A DNA stretch of 64,000 nt from Bugula neritina (lineage: Eukaryota > Animalia > Bryozoa). Location: the NCBI GenBank assembly GCA_964035545.1, contig OZ037767.1, positions 29,714,628-29,778,627 on the forward strand, in the 5' to 3' direction. Under the pieces are notes generated by a model. The model saw only the letters and a program-made list of their open reading frames with translations, was not told where the DNA came from and made no database searches. Made by a program: the position numbers and the translations under genes. Shown piece by piece: positions 1 through 12,900 of this stretch (its first letter is position 1; each line of letters starts with the position of its first letter).

Positions 1-606
1 TAATTGTATTAATATCCATAATAACAGTATTGGTAGTGAAAGTGCTAGCGGTATTGAGTTTTTTTAATTCAATTTTAGGAATGCTGGTAAAGCCTGCAAA
101 GCTGTCTAACCTTATTAGAAAATTTTTTTGCTAGCACCTAATTTGCCTCAAAAATGTAGTATTTTATGTAAGTTTTCTGTATGTTTTAGTAGCATATTAT
201 TTAAATATTACTCACTGAGCTAAAAATGTTGCTGTAGAAATTTACGTTGGTGGGTAAATACGCAGTAAATATAAATAGCGATTAGTTTAGTTTCTGTGTT
301 TTTAAATCTTCCTATTTTTATTTAGTGAATTGTTTAGGCAAAATATCAGTATTGTTGATGAAACTATGAATTTACAATAGTGGTAAATTACTATGAAATT
401 GGTCTATGTAGCCTAATTATTTATTATTTAAATATTTTCTACAGTTGTATTATAGTACTAGTAACATATACATTTATGAGAATATAAAATTGATTAACAA
501 TTCATAAAACACTGAAAATGATGTAATTAACTAAACATAAAAGGTCAGTTAGTATAAAGAAATTATTAAATTGATGCATCCTATTGAATGTTGATATTTG
601 TTAAAG

Positions 607-737
607 GGGCATTCGCTGTAATGGACGTTAATGGAGATGGAAAAATAGAACGAAAAGAGTGGACGGACTGTTTCGTTGGCTTCTTCTGTTATATTGATGA
701 AGAGCGTTTCAGTCATTTCTTTGGCCTCCTGCGCTAA
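607..737 (+). CDS. Terminal exon of an EF-hand Ca-binding protein (sarcoplasmic calcium-binding protein/calexcitin-like); rest of gene is upstream of the window
   Basis: After the AG at 605-606 the frame reads AFAVMDVNGDGKIERKEWTDCFVGFFCYIDEERFSHFFGLLR*. It contains a canonical EF loop DxNxDGxIxxxE and an SCP-like C-terminus (F..F......FFG.L). Confidence 0.8.
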
Positions 738-1926
738 GCATAAACAGTGTGAAGAGGAAAAACACGGAATGTTATTCCAACATAAAAGATAGGAATGTTT
801 TCAGCTTGTGCTCAAGTATTCATATATTTTTATTATGCAACAAGTTGTTAGTCTGTAACTTTTCTAGCTTTTTCCAATTTTTTTATTTACGCGATCTAGA
901 CGGCACTTGATTATGGCTCTGTATAAACCATGCATCATGTCTTCTTGCCTCATATATATAATGTAACACTGTTCATCATTTAAGAAAATTGTTTATCAAA
1001 TGGAAAATAGATATAGGACTTTGGAATGTTTTATTACAATTGTATAATTACAATTTTTTACAAGTAATTATAAATATTTATTATGGTTACCCATGAAAAT
1101 TTCTATTGTATAAACAGCATTGATGTTTTATACATGCTTGAAAATTGTAAGCAGCTAGTATCATTATGAGTGTGTTGGAGTCTCTCCATGCATGTAGTGG
1201 CTTATCCACGCTTATAGCATAGAGAGTATAGCAATGCTTAGATTTTCATGTTCCTAAACATGCTTAGAGTAAAAATGTAACTGAAACTCACTCAAAGACT
1301 TATGCTATTGCTAAATTAAATAATTGCTTCGTTTATCATAATGCTAAAGATTTCAGTTCGAACACACTTTTTGCATTGCAAGATTATATTTTGAGAAGTT
1401 ATCCTCTCAATTATTAATTACGATCAACTAATGCATTCAGAGCACTAATGTGCCACATTAAATCTCATTGCACATGCATACAATACAAGTACCAAGCATA
1501 GCAAGACAGGTTTATAGAAGCTACAATACTAGAAACTGCTGCTGTAGAAGATTCCGGAAAGTGTTACTAATGCCATAAAATAATGCTAATATATTTTCAT
1601 ACACGGAAGTGCCACGAGTTAGAAGTCGAAATATCAGCCCATAAGTGGTGTAACATATACCAGCAATGCAGAGTTAGGATAAGATTTAAGAAATAAGTTG
1701 CTGCAATAAATTTTGGAGTTATTTTCTTTGGTAATTGTCTACACTTGTATGTCAAATACACAATATGTACCTAATGTTAGTCACATTCTCTTCTAATAAA
1801 TATACATTGAAACTTAAACTTAGAACAACACTAATTCGGGAGGGCTGTACATAATTAGAGTGAGTGAGTGAAGAACTACGATTGCTTAGTCCTGGAAGGG
1901 GGGGGGGGCTGGAGCTGCCCCCACTG

Positions 1927-4714
1927 CTATTCATACATGTCAGAATAGAGGCTAGAAGCGAGTCTATTATATTCGTCTCTTTGTTCATCTGTCATCTCTT
2001 CTACTAGCAGCGCTGCTTTGTGTATCGCAACTTTTCTATCCCCCACAGAAACCATGATTTCCTCATCGTCTGAATCTCCCATTTCTTGAACATCTAAAAA
2101 CACATTTTTAGCCAATAAAAATGGTTCAAACACTAAAGGTTGACGTTATATTAGATAGCATATCAATATTTGGTTTAAATTTGTATTAAGTCACGAGGAA
2201 CATTTTTACTTCTATATATACTCTGTCCTTTATATATATATACTCTCTACTCTATATATACTCTCTACTCTATATACTCTCTACTCTATATACTCTCTAC
2301 TCTATATACTCTCTACTCTATATACTCTCTACTCTATATATACTCTCTACTCTATATACTCTCTACTCTATATATACTCTCTACTCTATATATACTCTCT
2401 ACTCTATATACTCTCTACTCTATATACTCTCTACTCTATATATACTCTCTACTCTATATACTCTCTACTCTATATACTCTCTACTCTATATACTCTCTAC
2501 TCTATATACTCTCTACTCTATATACTCTCTACTCTATATACTCTCTACTCTATATACTCTCTACTCTATATACTCTCTCTACTCTATATACTCTCTATAT
2601 ACTCTCTACTCTATATATACTCTCTACTCTATATACCCTCTACTCTATATACTCTCTACTCTATATACTCTCTACTCTATATACTCTCTACTCTATATAC
2701 TCTCTACTCTATATACTCTCTCTACTCTATATACTCTCTACTCTATATACTCTCTACTCTATATATACTCTCTACTCTATATACTCTCTACTCTATATAC
2801 TCTCTACTCTATATACTCTCTACTCTATATACTCTCTACTCTATATACTCTCTACTCTATATATACTCTCTACTCTATATACTCTCTACTCTATATACTC
2901 TCTACTCTATATACTCTCTACTCTATATATACTCTCTACTCTATATACTCTCTACTCTATATATACTCTCTACTCTATATACTCTCTACTCTATATATAC
3001 TCTCTACTCTATATATACTCTCTACTCTATATACTCTCTACTCTATATACTCTCTACTCTATATATACACCCTCTACTCTATATACTCTCTACTCTATAT
3101 ACTCTCTACTCTATATACTCTCTCTACTCTATATACTCTCTACTCTATATACTCTCTACTCTATATATACTCTCTACTCTATATACCCTCTACTCTATAT
3201 ACTCTCTACTCTATATACTCTCTACTCTATATACTCTCTACTCTATATACTCTCTACTCTATATATACTCTCTACTCTATATACCCTCTACTCTATATAT
3301 ACTCTCTACTCTATATACTCTCTACTCTATATACTCTCTACTCTATATATACTCTCTACTCTATATATACTCTCTACTCTATATACTCTCTCTACTCTAT
3401 ATACTCTCTACTCTATATACTCTCTACTCTATATACTCTCTACTCTATATACTCTCTACTCTATATATACTCTCTACTCTATATATACTCTCTACTCTAT
3501 ACACTCCCTACTCTATATATACACCCTCTACTCTATATACTCTCTACTCTATATACTCTCTACTCTATATACTCTCTACTCTATATACTCTCTACTCTAT
3601 ATACTCTCTACTCTATATACTCTTCACTCTATACACTCCTAACTATAATCTTGTACAGAAACAAGCTCTACCTTGTCCAATGGTGACCAACTCTTCCATG
3701 TCGCTATCATCACTTTTGTCGCTGTGCGCTGCTGCTCCATATGCTGCCGCTGTCAGAGGCCCAGGGGCCGCTGACTTACTCTCATGAACAAGCAACGTGT
3801 TCATTATATTGGAATCAGTGGTGGAGAGAGCAGCTGGGGCAGCTTCCTTGTTGGGAACACTTGTCTGCAAACAACATAAACAGTGTAACTGGAGGTGCAG
3901 CACACGAACGCACTGCTTACATTACATGTGAGTCAGTTTACTTCATTTAGTACACACCAGGAAATTATGACCTAACATTAAAATTTGCTCAAAACCCATT
4001 GAAATTTACTATACATGATATTTTTATGTGCTGGTTTTAATTACGCATAAGAGGAAAATTTTTCAAGTACTAAATTATTTGTTATTTATGAAACTCAAGT
4101 TTTGAGTTGCCTGAAAAGCTATTAATAACCTCTCCTGTATTTTATTGTGTATTTTATAACCCCAATCCAATTGTTTGCTAATAAGACAACTCTAACATTT
4201 ATTTTTTTGAGACCTTAACATTAATATATACAAAAGCTTTCATTATTAAAAAGAAATTAATATTAAAATAACCTGCTGTATCAAGCCATCTGCACTGAAC
4301 TAAACATAAAATACCTGCAAGGAGGATGCCGTGGAGTTATCTATTCCATCAACTGTGCTCTTAGTTAGCCATGTTGGCTGCTCTCTCTTTGGCTGTGCAG
4401 GCTGATTAGTTGTGGCTTTATCTCCTACCTTCACATCTACAAGAGCATAAATAACAACTCCAATAGCGTGCTTTCTAATCTTGTAACTTACCCTGTATAT
4501 ATCTGCACTGTATGTACCTACCTACACTGTATATGCCTACCTACACTGTATATATTTACCTACCCTGTACATACCTACACTGTGTATATAATATATAATA
4601 TTTAACTACCTACAATGCGTATATATCTACACTGTATACCTACCTCCACTGTGTTATATATACCTACTCACGCTGTATATATACCTACCAACGCTGTATA
4701 TATACCTACCTACA

Positions 4715-4764
<50 letters not shown>

Positions 4765-6764
4765 ACCAACGCTGTGCGCGGTGACACCAAACTCCATATT
4801 ACGAGATAAATCGCCACTCCAAACTCTATTTCCTGATGAATTTGTAGATTTTTCACCAGTTTTAGTTGAACTGGACTTCCTTCAGAATACAAAATAATTT
4901 AAATACCACACAAAACATTTACAATCACTATTCAAGAGCAGGCAAACCCTGAGCTACTCACTTAGACCCTCCCAGGTCAGCGACATCCCTTGGGGCCGGC
5001 TCTAGTATATGGTGAGATAGTCTAAACTTGTCACACAGGTGCAGCAAGTCATATAGCTTCTCTATTTGTTCATTGAACCTGCAGATGATCATATAAGATA
5101 TGCATGCTAGGGTTCTGCTAAGAGGATAGAAACTACAATTCACCAAATAAATGAAGAGAGTTTGGTTAACATATGACAAACTTTCAGTGGTGATTGGAAC
5201 AGATTTTCACAGCAAAAAACTTGTAACACAGGATCTTGTATAATTATGCATTGTGACTTCAACAACTGATTGAAAGCAATTACTATATTTGAACTGTTTA
5301 AATTTCAAAAAGCTAAAACAAAATGAGTGAAGGCAAATAAAATTATGTTTAAAATAGAATAGAATAAAAAAATAGAGTTATTAGGTAATTGGAATGGTAT
5401 AAAAAATTTTAGGTGTAAATTGATGTACCAGAACTCAAGTACTCAGTATTAGAATGAGTAGGAGTGGTAGTAGGAAAGGTAGTAGTAGTAGGAGTGGTAG
5501 GAGTGGTGGTAGGGGTGATGATAGTAGTGGTATTGGTAGTAGCAGCAGCAGCAGCAGCAGTAGTAGTAGCAGTAATAGTAGTAGTTGGTACTAGTAGTCG
5601 GTATCAGCACAGTGTAGTATCAAACCACAGAGCAAGTGCATAGCTACTCATTACAGGGTAATAGCCTCTTGTAGAACTCCACACAATACCTAAGCTAACC
5701 TCACATTATTATACACATGTTTTCATTTTAAAGATGTTTACTGTATATCTAGACTCTAGAGGTAGGTGATTAATGTGTACTGTATATCTAGACTCTAGAG
5801 GTAGGTGATTAATGTGTACTGTATATTTAGACTCTAGAAGTAGGTGATTAATGTGTACTAACTTTGCTACCAAGGCACGAGCATTCTGAACAGTGTCACT
5901 AGACTGTTGCTCTTCCATTTCGCTGCTACACATCATGCATTTAAATGTTCCAGTATTCATATCAAATAGGTGATCCGCTTCTAGGTCGGTATATGTTTTC
6001 TGACAATGCAGACACTAGAAATAAAGATAAACTAGAAATTCATAAAAAGCAAAAGTATTTTCTTGAATTAAGTATATGAATAATTTATTATTAGTGATTG
6101 AATTTAATAAGAATCCATAACCTACAACCATGCTCTGTTTAATTAAATTAATTTTGCACTACAAGGAAACATTATCACCGCCAAAGAACTTGACAGTCAA
6201 TCAGTTCCTTTAATGAGATGGTTTGAGTGTTGCTCAATACTGTCACTTTGCTAAAAAGTCAACATTAGTGAATAGCAGATTGTACCAAAAACAAGTATGT
6301 CACATAAAAATCAGTCAGCAGACACAAATATTATTAGACTAAATCATTTACTGTAAAAATTATTTAAAATAACAAACTTTAAATGAAGCTCTACTTGTTG
6401 AGTCTCGCTCCTGCATTTCTAATTTTCTTCTTATATGATCAAGTTTATATTTCACCACATTCACAAATCCTGTGTAGTGAATAAAATAATAATTGTGCTT
6501 AGTAATCTTTTTCTCATCATCCCCATACTCCATTTTCATTCGTGTCTTGATAAACTGGTCATTTTTAAGTCTCTTTATTGATATACCCATCTGCTTTTTA
6601 TCAAGCTTCAAAAAATCGCTCAAATCTTCTTCTTTCATGCATTTATGTTTTAAAAGCATGTCTATAATGAGCATTTCTTCAATAGTGTAGAATGCTCTCA
6701 TTACGTATTTTAGCAGTTTTTTTAAAGGCTCTGGCACCTCAGTCACAATTTCAGTTGAATCCAT
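1927..6764 (-). CDS. GTF2E1: General transcription factor IIE subunit 1 (TFIIE-alpha), 7 coding exons
   Basis: Exons 6764-6378, 6014-5863, 5078-4962, 4879-4767, 4436-4315, 3864-3672, 2093-1927 join in frame with GT-AG junctions. Winged-helix N-terminus (FVNVVKYKLDHIRRKLE..ERD..SRASFK), zinc ribbon CLHC..YTDLEA..CMMC, KREQPTWLTKSTV, LLVHE, acidic C-terminus ending LVEEMTDEQRDEY..DMYE*. Confidence 0.96.
2207..3640. repeat. ~1.4 kb minisatellite, unit ~15-17 bp (CTCTCTACTCTATATA), in the last GTF2E1 intron
   Basis: Tandem array read directly; units vary in TA/CT dinucleotide number. Confidence 0.97.
4490..4762. repeat. Degenerate ~21-bp tandem (ACTGTATATATACCTACCTAC) ending in (TA)n
   Basis: Repeated ctacactgtat..acctac units; pure TA run at about 4718-4761. 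Confidence 0.8.
5455..5600. repeat. (GTA/GCA/GTG)n trinucleotide low-complexity tract
   Basis: Read directly; intronic in GTF2E1. Confidence 0.85.
5738..5859. repeat. 39-bp tandem repeat x3 next to the GTF2E1 exon 2 donor
   Basis: Unit TACTGTATATCTAGACTCTAGAGGTAGGTGATTAATGTG, three copies. Confidence 0.92.
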
Positions 6765-9700
6765 TTCACTCCTGTACCAATAAATAATAATAAAATAGAA
6801 ATTAAGACAACAAACTGAAACTGTAATTTAAGTATTTCCATGTTTTGACAGTTAATTTTTACTTCATTGACCAACAAATAGTTATTTCTTAATTTTTCAC
6901 ACTTTTATAGCGGTTTTGATTTATATCAAAGCTTTTAAGTTTTATCTTTTAAATTTTAATAAAATTCACATTGAAATTCAAGTTTGTTAATTAAATCTAA
7001 TTTTCATTTCATGTAAATGTTTTACTTTTAGTCAACATTTCAAAAATATAGAAAATAAAATGATTTAAGCAAATTTTTAAATTACTACCCACTTAGTGAC
7101 AAGCTGAAGGTCAAAATGAATATTTTCTTACTCTGGAAACTGCTTAATTTTCCCTAAACATAAAACAACCTTCTATCTTAATTTTTCAATAAATATAACA
7201 AGAAACGGTCGAGCATGAGAGAAAATGGGTTCAATAAAACAGGGCGTGTTCGGCGTCTCTTTTTCCAACGTTTTCATCTTGGTATTACCCATTTATACAC
7301 TGTCACGAAACGTACAATTGCGCAAGTTATTGCATTTCTAAGCCTTTTCCTACCACTTTTTTTATACGGAAGCCGCAAGTTGTGATTACCCTGCTAAAAG
7401 TAAAACTCTGACTTTCATGATGCATCGCAACTTATGCTGCAACTATAATCATTTTTGCTACGTTGTTAGTTTTAATGTTTTATTTTTTTTATAAAATGTT
7501 AATTACCAAATCTTTAAGTTTATCTTGAATTCTCAAATTCATAGAGTGGGTATCACTATTGAATCACATTCACTTTCACTTTCAGTGAATTCACATTGAC
7601 CATCGTGACCGATGATATAAAATAATAATTTCAATTTGATAATTATAAATTAGAATTTATTATAAAAATATCAAATTCAATATGATGTTAAAATTAATGT
7701 CAATAATATTATTAAGTTTAATATAAAATATAAATGTTATTTTTATAATTTGTATCACTTGAACTTGAAGTTAAACTAAAATAAAAATGGTTAAGTTAAC
7801 TCTTAAACTAGTAATACTAATACTATTAGTAATAATAGAGTAATACTAATAGTAATAGAGTGATAGTATTAGTAATACACTCACACTGGACCTGGTGACT
7901 GTAATACTAATATACTCCAATATAATATAGTGAATATATTGCAAGATGCTGTAATATATTCATATTGTAACTAAAACTTAAAGTTGATCTTGCATATTAA
8001 ATATTAATATTGTAATGGTATTTATAATTATAATAAGATCTGAGATGATTATTAATGTAAGTAGATATGAATATGAATATTATTATTTATGTGAAATTTT
8101 TATTGATCTGGTCTCAATTGTTTTCTGTTAATAGTGTTTCATTCAGTTTGACATTGTTTTTTAAAGTGGAGATAAAGATTGTTATCGGCATAATGGTAAC
8201 GATTATTGTTGTCTGTCACATCAGGGGTTGATGGATTTCATTTGCTTATAAACTTACTTGTTTTTTGTCTCTCATAGCCTGGGGGCTATTGTATTGATAT
8301 GATTATTCTTTGCTTGGTTTGTCTCTGATCTTATGTCTAGCTCCTATATTTATCTGATGGAAGACAGAGCCCTCACATTAGGGTGTTTGTGTAGTGATGC
8401 TATGCAGGCTTGACTTCTGGGTTGAACACTATTTCTAACATTTTAAGTCTAATTCATTCTTAATTCATGTATTCACAATATCTCATACTCAACTCTTCTC
8501 TGCTGCACTGTGTATTTCTTGCACACACCCTCTTATATGCACATCACATTATTCATAGTTACAAAGGCCACACCTCCACTAAACTTTCTATATTCTTAAC
8601 CTAATTTGTAGTTGCGCTCTCTCTGCATGACAGGGGATAATAACCGTTAATTAACAAAGTTAAAAAATAATGATGTAGCATAATATGTCTATCATAATCA
8701 CTTCATCATAAAATATACAGTGAAGAAACACAATAAGCAGCTAATAGAAAGAATTCAGATTATTGTTGGTTAATAACTTCACAAGCCTGCTAGTAGAGGC
8801 TATAACTATCACTGTAAAGTTTTTTGCACTAGACTGGGCTTGGGGACTGCACTTCATCTGGTTCAGGGTTCATGGCCTGTTCACAACTAGTTCTTATTGC
8901 TAATTCAATTGCATAAGTAGAATGGCTCAGTTTAAACTCAGCTATATAGCAGGCTACTCCATCAAGTACTGTTAGCTATTAAGCTGCTGCATAAAAGAAT
9001 AGTCTTTATTTTAAGCTTTTTACACAAACCCATAGCTATGCAAAATTCCTCCTTTATATAACAAAATTCCTCCTTTATAGCAGATGGTGAATACCTACAA
9101 TTAGTAATCAGTAAGACATCTACTAGGCATAGACTCACAAGGTTGCAAGGTTGGTTGTTGATTGATTCCTGGTTGGTTATATGAGAAAGGTTATATGTAA
9201 AGATTAACAAAGGTTTTTGAATGTTAGAAATAAAGATGAAATCCAACCTGTGCACCTCTCCAGCCTAGTAGTTTGTTCAGTGGTAAATGAGCATCAGACT
9301 TTACTTATGTACCAGAAACCAAAATTGGTCATAAGTCTTGAGAACGTGAAGTAAAAACTTCATAATCTCTATGAATATCCGTTGTCATATTGTCATATTA
9401 ATATTGGCTACTACTATTATTATAGCTATAAGATTGTTACTATTAAAAGTAGTGTTATTACTGTATCATTACCTCAATTAAAATGGCATTACCATCAAAT
9501 CAATGACCTACCATTGTAATCATTACAGTTATTGCAATTTCAAAGTCAAATGTTAATTATTATCATTCATATTAATCAGCTTTATTATGATTAGTTCAAT
9601 AGTTTTTAGCAAGTTGTGTATTAACAATTGAAAACTTAGAAAAATGGAGCAAAAGTAGCAAAAGACTAAAACCACAGTGGGTGTAATTGGATTTGTCCTG

Positions 9701-9896
9701 TAACCTCGATAAAAGGCGTAGATAAATAGTATATGATTTACTTTGGTGGCTTGGCAGTCATTAGTGTTAAGACACTTTTATAGATTACATATTATCTAAT
9801 TTTTATGTTTATAAAAATATGCAAATTTGTAGATCTGACTGCCTTATCAATTCCATTGCTTAGTTTTTAAAAATTCTGCTCTCAATATTTCTTGCA

Positions 9897-9982
9897 GTAC
9901 TGTAGATATATACACTTACAATACTGTAAATATATACACTTACACTACTGTATAGAGATACACTTACAATACTGTGTATAGA
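9897..9982. repeat. 24-bp tandem x~3.5 just upstream of the FMO start codon
   Basis: Unit TACTGTAGATATATACACTTACAA. Confidence 0.85.
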
Positions 9983-9997
9983 TACGCCTAAAACAGT

Positions 9998-12900
9998 ATG
10001 AAAGTAGCAATAGTTGGCGCTGGTTTAGCTGGTCTTGTGTCACTTAAAAGCTGCAAAGAAGAAGGCCTGGAAGCTACGTGCTTTGAACTGACATCCTATA
10101 TTGGTAAGATAACTCCACCAATGTAATTGTAAAAGCTATTAGTTAATAGTACTTTATAAATGTTTCTGTTTCAAGTATTATATTCTTCACATGTATATTG
10201 CACGAGACTGTGAACAGTAGTTAAACTGCGATTTTCAATCTAATTTAATATCAGACTATACCTATATAATATTTTATTATAAGTAGAAAATTTTTCATCA
10301 CCTTTTATTCTCTATTGTCTATTCAGAAGTTGCTGTTACAAATTGTTTAATCAACTTTCAAACTGTCAAAAACTTTTTATTTATACGAATAACTGTTAAC
10401 TATTTGTATCATACTTCAAACGCGCTGCTATTTATCTATCACATGAAAGGTTATCTTTCATGATTGGTTAGTATGATGTTCAAGTTGAAGCTGACCATTG
10501 TAAGTTATACTGTGAGTTCACAAAGTCAGCATCTGTCACTCAGGTGGTTTATGGGCAGCGCGTAGAGGAGATGCCGGCGTCAGCGCTGTTTATGATCATC
10601 TCATTAGTAACTTCAACAAGGAAATGATGTCGTTTAGTGACTACCCAATGCCCGCTCACTATCCTACTTATCTACCCAAGAAAATGGTATGTTCTGGAAC
10701 CTATTACAAGTATAGCATTTCCTTGTTTATCTAATTACTTATACATATTTGATTAGAGCAGGAGTTTCCGAGAACTATTGAGAAAGAGTGCAAGCGTACT
10801 TCCTTCATGTTATGTTTAGTTTATGTTATGCTCTGTTCACGTTGCTTTGTTCACGTTGTTTGATTTGTGTCGCTAGATAAAATAGATTTACGATGTTAAA
10901 GTGTCAGGAAGTCGACAGTTTGTCTGGAAATTGTATTGTTCAGCGTCTCACCTCAGTTGGTTCCGTCTGTTGTTTCGATTAGGAAACTTTAGACTTATTG
11001 AATCTGCTTCACATAAAGATATGTGTGTTGGAAAAAATACACTCCATGATGTAATAGGTGTGCACTGTGTGCATTAAATGACATTTATTTTGTATTTCAA
11101 GTTGAATAAGTTCATTTCAGCAATGTACGGAGAGCTCTTAGTTTTACCTGTATTTCTATTTGTTAGTTTCAGGACTATGTGATGAGCTATTGTGAGAGGT
11201 TTGACTTGGAGAAAGACATAAAGTTGCAGCACAAAGTTACTAATATTCAGCAGAGTGAAGATTACTCCGAATCTGGCTGCTGGGATGTAACTGTACGTCA
11301 CTGAATGTTATTCACTAGTTCTTTCAGCTCCACGCGTTTTGTTACTGGTCACACACAATTATGCCTGTCTCAACTATGCTTTACGTGTCCTTGTCTCTTT
11401 TAACTGGGTTTTTGTCGGTGCATCTGAACCTGAAGCAAGTCTGTTGAATTTGGATACATGAAACGGAGGCACTTGTTGTAAATCCAACATGTTTTGGCAG
11501 CTGCTTACTGACCTTTAATACCACCACATTGTTTTCCGAAACGTGACACAACTTTTAAATTGTCTGCAGCTAAATAAGTCATGTTTTGTTTAGGTAACTC
11601 GACTCTTTCCACTTGGCGGTGAGACAGTCGAAGAAACAATGCGGTTTGACGCCGTGATGATATGTGTTGGCGCTTACGCCTATCCTCACATGCCGAAAAT
11701 TCCCGGCTTGCAGAAGTTCAAAGGTCGGGTGCTGCATTCTCACGGCTACACCAATAACAGCGAGTTCGACGCCAGGGAGCGAGTACTAGTCGTTGGAAAC
11801 TCGCACAGCGGCTGTGACATTGCTACTGATTTATGTCACAGACTTTCCAAGGTTGAAACTCAATAACTTATTGTAAATGTTTGTTTTATTATTGCATAAG
11901 ATGTTGTAATTTCCTGGTTCACATAGTTTAGCTTTAAGTGCCTAATGAGAACATCTTGAAGGGCTGATATGTAAGGCACTTACTTTTGAATCATGTTTGG
12001 AAACAGATTGTAATATTTTTAAAGTGATTTAAGTGCTAGTCATTTTGGCGTCCACTCATGACATTCTGCTTTAGCAACAGCATTGACAGTGACTGTGAAA
12101 GTGATGGTAACAGTGATAGTAGCCAGTGACAGTAAAAATGCCAGTAACAGTGATAGTAGCCAGTGACAGTAACAATGCCAGTAACAGTGATAGTAACCAG
12201 TGACAGTAACAATGCCAGTAACAGTGACAGTAGCAGATGTCAGTAACAGTGATAGTAGCAGTGATAGTAGCCAGTGACAGTAACAATGTCAGTAACAGTG
12301 ATAGTAGCAAATGCCAGTAACAGTGATAGTAGCAGTGAAACTGTAATTTTCGATGTACTCTTATAGAGAGAGAAAGTCATGGACCAAGTATCAAATCACA
12401 TGATTGCACAGATATCTGACTCAATAACTGAAGAGGAAAGAACTGCAGCTCATTTTATTGCACATTCCACTAAGCAAGTTTTGGGGGTAGAGAAACCTGT
12501 AAGCTTCTTTCTGATTCGTTGATATAATATTATACACATATATAGTATACGATTTGTTGATATATTATAATATACACATATATAGTATATGATTGGTTGA
12601 TATATTATAATATACACATATATAGTATACGATTTGTTGATATATTATAATATACACATATATAGTATACGATTTGTTGATATATTATAATATACACATA
12701 TATAGTATATGATTGGTTGATATTATATTATATAGCTATATATAATATAATGGTATATTATATACATACATATGTTATAAAAACTTCTCTCTTTTAGGGT
12801 TTACAGTTGACAATTCATGTTTGTTGTTTTCTGATATTTTGTTTATGTTCTTTTTTTGTTTTGTTTTGTTCCACTCCAAAAGTTGTATTGGTGGGTTTGT

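Noticed and set aside
5709-5860. Repeating peptide VHINHLPLESRYT in the ORF track
   Set aside because: Read-through of an intronic 39-bp tandem repeat beyond the GTF2E1 donor at 5862.
12071-12310. Leu/Cys/His-rich ORF
   Set aside because: Translation of a minisatellite in an FMO intron.
12512-12730. Regularly spaced repeats superficially like a CRISPR array
   Set aside because: No unique spacers, eukaryotic intron context, no cas genes.
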